NCBI GenBank assembly: GCA_043381765.1
Contig: JBHJMP010000840.1
Location: 1 to 50,437 of the forward strand
From: Collodictyon triciliatum
Taxonomy: Eukaryota
Direction of reading: 5' to 3'
Length of the DNA stretch: 50,437 bases
This document shows positions 24,661 to 36,624 of the stretch, one piece after another. A program made the translations under genes and the position numbers. Within the stretch, counting starts at the first letter, position 1. Every line of letters begins with the position of its first letter. The notes under the pieces are model-generated. The model worked only from the letters and a program-made list of their open reading frames with translations. It had not been told where the DNA came from and did no database searches.

Positions 24661-27600
24661 ATGCTGCACAATTCAATCACAACATCCACAAGCACGCTGA
24701 ACGAAGAGACCGACTCTGTCCGAAGCAACAGAGACATCGTCACGGGCTCTCAGACGGGAAACAAACAGGCAGGTTCACTTTCGCGTCAGATACTCGACCG
24801 TAATGCACGCACAAGCCGGACAGCCATGAATCAGGCCATAAACTCAGCCGCAGCTGCACGTGAGGGTCTCTTTATCCTGTCCCTCTTGATGGACGTCACC
24901 ATGGACGAGCTCCGCAAGGTCGAAAAAATTGACATCAGCGGCAAACGGCTCATCCGCGTCCCCAACGGATTGTCGCTGCTTCCACAGGTTTATCGCTTGC
25001 ATGTGGACGACAATCACCTGAAAACCGTCCCGACTGGCGAGATTCGCGCATTGTCTCTGCTGACCCGGCTTGGATGCACACAGAACCAACTCACAGGGCT
25101 GCCCAACGACCTATTTGCACACTGCCCTCCCATCCGCAAGCTCTATCTCAACAACAATCGCCTCAGCGGCATCCCACAGACAGTCTCTATTTTGACTGCG
25201 ATGACGGTTTTGTCTCTCCATCACAATCACATATCGGTCTTCCCTTCTTGTCTACTTTCCGGTGTCCTTAATACCTTGGCTGATCTGAACCTATACCACA
25301 ATCGACTCAGCGCTGTACCCGCAGGGTTGTCATTGCTCACTGGACTCACGTACCTCTCTCTGGCGCATAATTTATTGTCGTGTTTCCCAGTCGATGTGTT
25401 ACCGTCGCTGCGCCGTTTGCAGCAGCTCATCCTCAGAAACAACAAGCTTACTGGGCTCCCGCCTGATATAGGACGGTGTTCCGCCATCTCTGTTCTCCTT
25501 CTGGAAGATAATCAGTTGTCTATACTGCCTGATTCCATCGGAGATCTAATCTCCCTTCGAGAACTATCTATAGGTCGCAGGCAAAGTGGGAACAAAATCA
25601 CAAGCTTGCCATTCTCACTCGGACAGCTGTCGAGGCTGGAAACACTATGTTGTGACTCAAACCCAATCATGTCGCCCCCGCCGAATCTCCTTCTTCAAGG
25701 CCCTGAGCCTGTCCTGTCCTACCTTAGAATTGCAAAAGCCCACGGCACTGACTGGTGGCGACGCGGCCGTGTCGTAATTGTTGGGCAACCATCTACAGGA
25801 AAATCATCACTTATACAAGCTCTTCAGTTACATGGCCACGCATTCACTCAATCTCATAGCTCTATGGGCAATATATCCCCGCGTCCCACTACTCCAGGCT
25901 CTCAAAGCTTGGGTTTCGCAAGGAACTTCTCTAAATCCGAACCCAGTTTACAGCTCCCTCCAGTCTCACAAATGTTGCACTCGCAAAACTCACATCCTAT
26001 TATGGGGCCCAAAAAATCTCTTCCGCCAACACCCGTGGCGAACGCAAATGATATCCAAGTGATACATAGTGATGTCCTGCTTCAATTGGCATGCGTTGAT
26101 TTGGACTTGGACAATGAATACCGCTGGACATTGCCCTACTTTTTGACCCAAATGTCTGTTTTTATCATAACTTTTGACGTGACCAAACCAATTTCACAGT
26201 CTGATTTAGTGGAATGGCTTTCCTTTTTGTCAACAATGGTATCCTGTCCTCGAGTGATTCTTGTAGGGACATTCATCGATTTGATCCCTGATTCAGTACT
26301 ATTTCCTGCTCTAGAACCATCTACACCAGAAACACCGAATTCATCAAGCATCCCTTCTCTCAGCAAATCCAATATAGATGTCAACATTGAAAATTGCTTC
26401 ACATTCAAGCTCGACCAAGAAATACGGAACTTGGTTGCACCATTTGAAGGCAAAGTCCACCTCGATGGGCCAATCTACGTGTCTTCTCAGACAAATTCAA
26501 GCCTATCAGAACTTCAAATATGCATCGCATCGGCTGTTTTGCAAATGGGGTCCTCACACTGTCAAGTTCCACACCCTTACCTAAGAGTTGCCAATCTAGT
26601 CTTGCAGGTACAAAAGTTTCGACCAATCCCCATTTGCGACGTGAAAGAGATAGCAGATGAAATAACTCTGGATGATGAATTCAATACTTCTGCTGTCTTG
26701 TTCGAAAGTATCTTGCCATTCCTTCATGACGTGGGGTTGGTCATTTGGTCCCCAGCGCAAACGCTAAGACACAAAGTTATTTGCAAGCCTGAGTATCTCA
26801 TGCAAGTAGTAACGAAAGGGCTTACGTCTCTCCAGAGGAATCACAACGCCTGCGGTTCTTATACTAGAGACCAGCTAGTTCAGGTATTTGATGTCGATGG
26901 CTCTGGAAACTCAAGCTATATTATCGAATTTCTGGTGCAACATAACCTGGCTTTCTTTTCCGCATCATCAGAGGAATATATAATTCCATGCCTGTTACCA
27001 GAAGGGCTACCCCCAAAGCACATATGGCCCCTTCTCCTAACATCATCTGCGGCGTACTATTCTTTCACTACATGTTTGATTCGATGCCGATATTTACCTC
27101 CGGGCCTATTTGATTTGCTAAATGCATATTTCAACTCTGCGATGTATGTGGACACGAAAAAGTCACACAGTGTTTATTTCGGTCGCTCCCACTCCATATT
27201 TTGCTTAACAGACCGAAAATCCTCAGCGCCTAAGGCCAATTACCAAGTTCTTATTCAGCACATCAGCGCCGACCGAGGTATTCTGGTGCAAGTGCGTTCT
27301 TTGACGGAAGCTTTAAAGTCATGGACCGGGATTCAGGATGTTTTACAAGATATCCGCAGAATTGCAGAGGTGTTTCCTGGGCTCGAATACGATGAAGACC
27401 TTGTTTGCCCGTACTGCATATCGCAATACGGTTCGGCTCATATAGGCAACTTGGTCCCCATCTGGAGTTTGCACGAACTCGATGAAAATGTTTCGTGTGG
27501 AATACACAGCACACCGTGGAAACAATGGAGGTCATCTAATAAGCTCCAATTGCTAAAACAAGCTCAGGCGTCCTCGTTTCGGTTACCAAAGGCCCCATCT

Positions 27601-28747
27601 CTCTTTTGGATTGAACAAGGAGGTGACGAGAAAGAATGCACTGTCCGTCTTGTTTGTGATTGTCCAGGCTCACCCCACTCGATTGATGGAGTATGTTACC
27701 CGGTCAAAGACATCGGGTCGTTCATCATGGAAAATCAGGCCTTACTCATGACAAACTTTGCCTATTTGAAGCTAATATCAGATAGGCTCGAAATCAGAAC
27801 ACAAATACCCGGAGCTACGGAAGAAAGGCAAAAATCGGCTTCGGAGATAGAGAGGGATATCCACGCCATTCAATTGATGCTGTCGGAAAGGAGAAAAATG
27901 CAGACCGAGATATATATCGAAGACCAATCGTGGGAAAACTATCTGACTGAATCTGATCCGAAGCTGAACTGGCAAGCGAAAGTCACTCCTGTTGTTCTGT
28001 CCAACGGGCAGCTGCGGTGGCTGTGTGGGACTTGCTCTCTTAAATACCATAATACGCAGGCTTCGTCATCTACTCGAGGCTCGTCCAGAGACACAATTCT
28101 GAGTGGAAATCTGCTGAAACTGGGTGGAATCGGTAAGGTCAAGTCAAAGTGGCAGACTCGCTACTGTGTCATAGATGAGAAATCTGCAAGGCTGATTTAT
28201 TTCAAGTCGGAAGGAGACCGAAAACCTGCAGGCGAAATCGACCTTAAAGCCATAAAGGTTTTTATCTTCCTTTTTCTTCTCCTGAATCGCTATTCATCTC
28301 TCTTTATCGGATTGTAATGTCAATATTTTCCCCCTTCGTTTAATTCAAAGGATATTGTAATACCGATATGATTTTTTCTTTTTCTTTTTCTTTTTCTTTT
28401 TCTTTTTCTTTTTCTTTTTCCTAATAATAATTAAGTAAAATAATTAAATCGTGCTCCAGTATATCAGCGAGTCAGAGTCACCTGACAACACCCCAGGATT
28501 TGTCTTCTGCATCCCATGCGCCTCAAAAGCATATTACTTCAAGGTTTTGCTCTATATCATCCTTTTCAATTTCATCATTTATTTTCAAATAGTTTCATAG
28601 ACTCTTTATCATCTGGTATCGACTGCCTGGAGTTCCTCCTCATAATATACGACTAGCTCACAAATCCTTACTCTTCAGTCGGACACACAAGCCTCAAGAA
28701 ATCAATGGGTCGGCAGCATTCGCCGGGTCATGGAAGCAAATTCGTAG
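24661..28747 (+). CDS. Roco-family protein: LRR - Roc GTPase - COR - PH, no kinase domain
   Basis: The 1218-aa ORF has about ten LxxLxLxxNxL repeats, the NPIMSPP..L.QG...VLSYL linker, P-loop VVIVGQPSTGKSSL, YFLT..SVFIITFD, VILVGTFID, and COR motifs LPFLHDVGLV and YIIPCLLP. The PH domain begins ILSGNLLKLGG..KWQTRYCV and is completed by two small exons (approx. 28460-28543 and 28679-28747, ending RNQWVGSIRRVMEANS*). Confidence 0.88.
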
Positions 28748-28749
28748 CC

Positions 28750-28874
28750 ATTTTTCTTTTTCTTTTTTTTCTTTTTTCTTTTCTTTTTCTTTTTCTTTTT
28801 CTTTTTCTTTTTCTTTTTCTTTTTCTTTTTCTTTTTCTTTTTCTTTTTCTTTTTCTTTTTCTTTTTCTTTTTCT
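28750..28874. repeat. (CTTTTT)n microsatellite immediately after the Roco stop codon
   Basis: Tandem hexamer. A shorter copy lies at about 28374-28420. Confidence 0.93.
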
Positions 28875-30284
28875 TATAATCCCCTGATAGTTCTTTTCTG
28901 AAATACCGACACCACTCTGACTGTCACAAAGATGAGCGGTAAATACATATAGGAAAACATAATTCCCGGTATCCTGCTCGTGTCCCGAAAAAACAAACAA
29001 AACAAACAAAACAAACAAAACAAACAAAGAAACAAAAAACAAACAAAACAAAACAAAAAGTTTTATAGAGTGAGTTATATGAGCTTCCAGTCTAAAGTCA
29101 TGCGCACGGTTGTTCATCGTATTTCCTTGCTGGTTGAGTGGTGTGGGTCGCTGGGCTTCCCAGACTCCAGAGAACGCGCAACCTGTCAAACCAACACAAA
29201 ACAAAACAACTTTGAATCGAGTAAAGGAAAAAAAAAGAAAAAAAAATACAAAACGAAACAAAACGAAACGAAACAAAAGAGAGAATAGGGCAAGAGGCAG
29301 TGGCTAAGGCTGGAACACACACTGCCAGAGACTCATTTTCACGGCCGAATACTTCTTGGAGCTGCAAAGAGGCGTGGATCATGAACGCAGACAATGATCT
29401 TTGCCTTTGAATCCCCTTTATTATGCAGGAACAACGCAACATGAACCAAAACTTTTCTTCAGGCCGTCCCGTCGGCTTTTACGCCTCCCATTCCACGCGT
29501 CCAAGCGTTTCTTCAGCTTCCAAAGTGTCAGCAAGATCTGGCTCCCATACAGAGTACCTGTTTCATTCATGATCGACGCCAAAAATACAGAGAAAAGAAG
29601 GCGGAAGTTGAGGCTCACTTCTGTTCTATTTTGCTTTTGCTTTTGCTTTGTTCTTTTTGCTTTGTTTTTTCTTTTTCATTTGGTAAACGATAAACCCGGG
29701 TAGTTCTGTTATCAACTCGAATTACCCGACTAGAAGAAACGAAAAGGTGGTCACCGAAGAGGACTTCATCGAGGTTTACAACAAAACTAGTTTCTTTTTC
29801 TTTTATAAAAGTGCCTTCTCTGCTGTTTTCTATCTGAAGTGAAATTCAGCAGGGCGATTATTTCTATCAAAATGATCATTAAACCCACTCTTTGCTCATA
29901 GTCATCTATCTCATGCATGATTTGCATACCATTAATTATCAAAACATGGTCAAAAATGCTAACCAATTAGAAAATTAAAATCGAACCATCATATATTACA
30001 TTATTTCGTCCCGAAGTATGTCTAAGTTTGGTGGAATGTGATAATAATGAAAAGTGTTTGAGGTTATCTTAAATTGTGAAAAAAAATTTTTTTTTTCTTG
30101 TAGTTTCTGTTCAGTAGAAATGTAGTAGTGAATAGAAGCGAATTACGAATCTTGTTTCTAGAAGCTGATAGGGTATACTCAGAAAATAATTATTCTTAAT
30201 AATACAAATGTAAAAAAAAACGATTTTTAAAAGAGAGAATTCCTGTGAATATTTTATGATTTGTTAACGAAAAGTCACATGTAG

Positions 30285-33200
30285 GATGGGGACGGAATTC
30301 TTAACCAAAAAGAGTTTCGAGAGTTAAATGATCGCATTCAAAAACCATGTAAAGTTATATCCAAGATTATTTTCACATATTTTCAACATCTTAGATGATT
30401 TATTACTACAAATTATATTATGGACTGAAGAGTTCTTCTTCGCATATATATATATCGGATTATAGTGAAAATAAATATCAAATTACCCAATCGCATCTTT
30501 TTGGGAGGCTCATGCAATCCTACAACATGGAGAAAGACCATCGCGATACCAAAACTAGAACAAGAAAAAATAACATACTACAATCCACAGGTTTATTCAC
30601 CTTAGAATCCTATTTACATTAGTGATTCTATGTTGGGGCATCTGTCACCATTTTGCACCATGCTTTATTTATTTTATATTTTATTTTAAAAAAGAAGAGA
30701 TCATCTGATTTACTGCCAATATGTTTAGGTTGATGAGTGGCATCCTGGGTTAGTAGAATTGGAGAGAAAGGCGAAAGAGTCGGCAACTATTCTGCTATTT
30801 GTAGTTGACGATCAAACACGAGCTGTTGTGTCCATGCTCGAGGTTACTTTTTTTTTTTCCTTTTCTATGTCTTGTATTGTGGAGTGTAGATTGTTTATTA
30901 TTGATTATTGATTCTTCATTTCTCATCTTTTAATATCCAAAGGCTGCCGAGTTTATAGGTCGTGGACGTCATTTAGTGCTTACGGCACAGGAAGTGAAAA
31001 CCAACTTGGTCTTTGGTGACTCAACCCTAGACCAGGATGAAGTTGATGCGCTGAATGAAGCCAGGGTAAATCGTAGATAATGAAAATGATATGACGCAAA
31101 TACCTTTTAAATTGTGGGTCTACATATACATCCGATTGCTTGGTTGTTCTCTGATTCCGAAAGAAAAAGTGAGACACATTTTTATCTCATATTCACCACC
31201 GTAATTATCAGCATCTGGTCTCTTTGCTGGCCCGAAAATCTCATCTGGTAAAACATCGCCGCTTAGTCCAACAAATAGTCTTAAGACCTTTTTTTTTTTT
31301 TATAGTCATTTGGCCGGATCTCATTGCATAGGACTTTCATCATTTCGTGTATATTTTACGATTATGCTATATTCTTCCTCTAAATTGTGAATTTTTTACT
31401 TAGGAGACTTTTTCGAGTGTTACTGCAGCAGTGTTGCATATCATATCTTTATTTGACCCGCTCACGCAGAGAGTTAAAAAGACTTCGGTTTACACGCCAT
31501 ATAAACTTTCAGCTGGCATGATGTATTCTTTTTTTTTTTATCCCGACATACATACAGTCAACCTGTTGGATCTTATCTGTTGCATCATCTATCTCATGTT
31601 AAGATGCAGAGGACTTATACTCAACTGGTCCCCTTTCAATTTATGAAAGCTAATCATTTGCCGACAATAGAGATGATTCAAATATAATGGATATCTTTAT
31701 CGACAACGGTGGCGAAGTAGATCCAGAGACCCTTACAATCGTCTTTAACTATTTGGGATTTTACCCGTCCACTTCCGAGGTCGAGACTTTCTCCGTTTTT
31801 CGTTTTGTCTTGTTTTGTCTTGTTTTGTCTTGTTTTGTCTTGTTTTGTCTTGTTTTGTCTTGTTTTGTCTTGTTTTGTCTTGTTTTGTTTTATGCAAAAA
31901 TATAAAATGGTAGTACGACAATTTATTTTGATTTTAAGCATCTAATCAATATATAGATGAAAAAAATATTCGGCGCTATTGATAAGAACAAGGATAACCG
32001 AGTTGATTTCGAAGAGTTTTCGTCCTTTTTGATCTACTTGGCGGTAAGAATGACGGAAATACAAACCAATATAAAAAAGGAGGGAAAATTAGAACATTCT
32101 TGTGATGCCCTTAGAATTAACTCGCCCTTCGCTAACAGGAGCTTCAAGATCAAAATTCTCCATTTCGCAATTTGACTATGTCTTCTGCTTTGTTGCGCAT
32201 ATCCTCCAACGTTGATTCATATGATATGAATAAATTAATCAGTTATACATTCAATTTTCTTGATTTTTTTTGTGTGTAATTTGTTGTATGAGGCCAGTTT
32301 TCTGTTGAAATTATTTGTTCCAGCCTTAAAAAAAAAAAATAATAATAATTGGACTTTACTAACACAAAGATTTTCCCCAGGCCGAGTGGAACAGACCAAC
32401 AAAATCGCTTCCTTTGTATATCTTGGAGGGAGGTATTTGGATTTTCCGCTTTTGCTATCTATCTCATGATATTTGATTATTACCACACACATATCTAATG
32501 ATTTTATAACAAATTCGCATTACTATCTTATTATTTTACCTTTCCTTCTGACATAGCGACTAAATAATTGATAATTTTATGTAACAGCTTCTCTGGTAAT
32601 GATTGGAGAAAAGATATTGCAATTCCAGCCCTAGCGTCTGCAAGAGTTACCTTTTTCAACCCCCAGGTAAGAATCTAGTATGCACTGTACAAACTCACTA
32701 AACAAAGCGAAAACTCACCCTATTTTCTTACGTATATATAGATCGGCCGTGATTTCCCTAACTTCTCCTGCATCGAGTGGAACGGTCGAAATCAGTGCTC
32801 CGTGTTCCTTTTTGTCATATCCTCAGATGCACGCTGCATTAAGGGATTGGCCGAGGTGATTATTTATGCTTATCTGGTCAAGGCGCACACTTGAAGATAA
32901 ATTTTCAATCGCCTGCTTCTAAGGGTATTTGGTTTCGTGAAATAGGCTGCCTATTATATCGGCCTCGGACGTAGTGTTGTGCTTGTCATCAATGACGTGA
33001 AAGAAGGAGCCAGGTTGGATGCTCGTGCATACCTCTCCATTTGATTCATAGAAGAATATGTTCTGTTTCATGATTCTTTCTTTTGTTTGTTTGTTTGTTT
33101 GTTTGTTTGTTTGTTTGTTTGTTTGTTTGTTTGTTTGTTTGTTTGTTTGTTTGTTTGTTTGTTTGTTTGTTTGTCCCTAAAAAGCATCAACATGAAACTA

Positions 33201-33354
33201 TAGCTTTGGCTCAAAGCCTGTGGCTGCATCGGAGCTAAAAGATCTGAATCGTGGCCGTGCCTATCTCCGTGAATCCGCAAAGGTGGCGTCTGTGCCTGTC
33301 TTTGACGACGTGACATCTGCCATTCAGCACATCATCAAATTGGGAAGAAAATAG
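30285..33354 (+). CDS. Raw/OLRN-1-like protein: EF-hands plus two nucleoside 2-deoxyribosyltransferase-like (TIR-like Rossmannoid) domains; 5' exons not resolved (probably start about 29.1-29.8 kb)
   Basis: Repeat 1: IFLGGSCNPTTWRKTIAIPKLEQEKITYYNPQ|VDEWHPGLVELERKAKESATILLFVVDDQTRAVVSMLE|AAEFIG. EF-hand loops: DGDGILNQKEF, DNGGEVDPETL, DKNKDNRVDFEEF. Repeat 2: VYLGG..NDWRKDIAIPAL...FFNPQ|...FLFVISSDARCIKGLAE|AAYYIG...KDLNRGRAYLRE...PVFDDV.SAIQHII. Stop at 33352-33354. Confidence 0.82.
31803..31890. repeat. (TTTTGTCTTG)n decamer tandem repeat, intronic
   Basis: About 8 tandem copies. Confidence 0.93.
33081..33173. repeat. (TTTG)n microsatellite, intronic
   Basis: Perfect tetramer run. Confidence 0.95.
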
Positions 33355-33675
33355 TTTGGACGCTACTCTCATCCCTTTCCTTCTGCCTTGAGTGGACATC
33401 TCTTGCTCGCTCGGCCTTCTCGTAGATGACATGCCATCTAAATGGCCCATACAAGAGCCAATAAATCAAAGGCAGACCTATTCGAGAATGAAAGAGGCAG
33501 GAAAAATAACAAAGAAATGAAATATTCAAAAATAAAACAAAAAAGTAAATCGGAAGGCAAAAAGAAAAGCGAAATACAAAGAATATCTTGTAATAGGCTG
33601 ATTTCATTTCTTTTTTTTCTTCCTGTTGTTAATTTGTTACTTTGTTCGTTTGTTTATGGCACTCTAACAAAGGCT

Positions 33676-36527
33676 TCAAGCAACTGCGAGATTCAACCAA
33701 TCCCACAACCCACTGCCTGAGTTCGGGGCAGCCCCAATCACCGAGTCGTACACTTCCAGGAAGCGTTGGCGGAGAGAAAGCAAGCGCCTTTGGCGCTCAC
33801 TCAGGTGCAGCAGAGACGACGATGCCGGACGCTCCGTTCGCAAAGGACGCCGGCTTTGATTGCGGCTGCTCTTTGTCTCTGATAGCGGGATGTCCCTGGG
33901 CGCTGTATCTCTTCCTGGTGCGAAGACTTCCTGCATGTCGAAGGGTGGCTCGAAGGACGAATCCGATTCCACAACACTGGACGGTTCGTTCAGGAGAAGA
34001 ATACTGGTCTCTGCACCGATTCCCTCGTCTCCCTCGTTTGCAACTGCTTCGGCAGTTTGGTTTGTGCGTTTCGGTTGGGGGCTGTCTCTGACTCCGCTTC
34101 GGGTTGTTGCAGAGGGCAGAGAAGCTACGCGAATGGGCTGCGCCTGTTGCGTGTGGTGGACTTGGTGGCTTTGGAGGCCGTCATAGTCTTCCAAGAGAAT
34201 CGGCCTCTGCACAAGCCCATCTCGCATGGTTGTGTAGACGAGCTTCACTGACGTCGACAGAGCTGCATCAATAAACGGGCGAGCCTCAAACTGCTCTGCG
34301 GCGAGTTTGTCACCAGGGGTGGTAGACGATATCGATATTAAATCAGAACGAGGTGTTCCTGCGATGAATAGTGATTTGTGTCGCTCCTTCGCCGTCTGTT
34401 CACGAGCTCGTCTTCTCTCCATGGCAGAGATGATTTCCCAACTGCCCACTGATTCAGGTGACTTTGTCTAATAAAATCAGGAGATAGTATATTATACTTC
34501 TTATCCTTCGTGAATTTATTTTATTTTATTTTATTTTTTATGATAAAAACAAGTCGTTTTTCATTTTTTTAACCGAATATATTAATATTTATAAATATAT
34601 TGGATAAATAGATATATGATTTTTTTTGAGAAGCCTGGCAGTAGAACACACCATCGATCCGGCATCTACCCATGACGCCGTAAATCCTTCTTCCACAGAA
34701 TCGCCTGTTATTCGATAAACATCGTGCGCGATGAATCCGTCCCCAGGACTCAGCTGTTGCAGGGCAATAATATCCATCATGTTTGCGCTGGCCTACATTT
34801 CATTTCTAAGGATTACCATGTCTGCTTCCGAATAAACATAGTGTTTTAAAAAAAAAGCAATTCTTTTCCAAGTATGTTTGTCTGTTCCTTCTTAAAGGAG
34901 TCTAATTACCGGTTCATCTTTCGGTAGGGACGACTGACGCACCAAATCATCAAGAAAGCTCGGATCTGGTTTGATGTGGCCTTGTCTACCGACCCAAAAC
35001 TGGTCAGAACGAGGCCGAGAACTCTGGTTTGCACTTAAAGGGTGATTATCAGTCTGCATTGGTCCCCGCACCAGTTGGATATCGTCTCCTTCCATGTCAA
35101 ACAGCACATCTTTTCCAAGTTGCTCATCACTAAATCTCTCAGCACTGAATTCAGCCGGATCGTTTTCCGTAGAGTCGCCCGATATTTTCTGTATAGATGT
35201 GTATTTATTGGAAACTGCTTAAAAATAAAAAGAAGAAAAACAGATTTCGTGATATCAGAACCATGTGTTTCGCAAATTATTATCATTATTCTTTTTTAAA
35301 ATAAAAAAACAAATCAAGAAGGAAGCATACATGTGGGTCTTCCGTATTCCTGGAGTCGTTTTCGTATTATTTTTTTAATTCGAATAATTATGGTGAGCAA
35401 CTGCCACACATATCATGATTGGTCTAAAATGTAAATACACTGAATGTGGCATTTGATATAACAATTTTAAGAAATCAATACGGAAGTAGAGCTGCTTGGT
35501 CAATAAAGGAGCCATTCTTATAAGTTGCGTGAAGACTTTCTGCAATATCCTTGCTACTTGTAGATTCTCTTCTGCTTGCACTTCGATGGTAAGAAAGTGA
35601 ATACTCGTCTTCGGTAAGATATTGGAGAACTTCATAACAAAAATGGAATATGTCTTCCCCTCTGGAAAATCGGTGGCAAAACTGGTGGCTTTTTAATTAA
35701 TTAATTTTTATTATGTTTTACTAAATGTAACCATGATTAATCAAAATTTGCGAGGATATATCCGCACCTTAGAATAATTGATGGTTTGGTGAATAAAATA
35801 GTTGCTTGAATCTGTAATACCAGAATAAAAACCAATCGTATGTGATGTTCAAAAACATAATCTCATCTACGGTCAATGAGGGGTGTATTTCTCCTTCTGC
35901 CCACAAGAGGATTCGGATGAGGCTGATAAACAGCGGGGTTCTATCCCAGCCTGCAAAATGTGAATATGTTCAGTTCTTGCTGTGGTCGATAAATGTAAAA
36001 AGGAGATTATTTAAAAAAAAATTGTGACAGATTGACCTTTTATATTTCTGTTGTTCTATCCATGAAATAAAATAAAGGAGGAGAGAAATCATCTTTCATA
36101 AGAGAGAAAAACCTGAGATGCAGTGCACAAGTAAGCCAAGATTAGATGCCGGGTCGGCAAGGTACTACGCAATATAATATACTTTTATTTCACAATATCG
36201 TATTTCCATAGAAAATTAGATATAAACGCAAAGAGCACATCGAATTTGCTTCTAGGTGTTCGCGTACATGCAAGATAAGGAAAACATATGACTGTGTAAG
36301 CTTGATTAAATCCCAATCTCTATATTCAGCCCAGTCCCACGGGAAATCAATACATGATCGGATGGTTATTTCTGCTGTGTTCTCTGGATTTTGCCAACTG
36401 AAATACATGTCTCTAGCTAATTAATTTTGGAAATAAGTTAATCATAATCAGAAAGACATAAGCAACATGCAATTTATTGATCAACACTCAAATTAGTTCT
36501 TTATTGTGAGTTATTTGGCCATTTAGC

Positions 36528-36624
<97 letters not shown>

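Noticed and set aside
31803-31890. Regularly spaced repeats as a CRISPR-like array
   Set aside because: Pure tandem repeats without unique spacers, in a eukaryotic intron.
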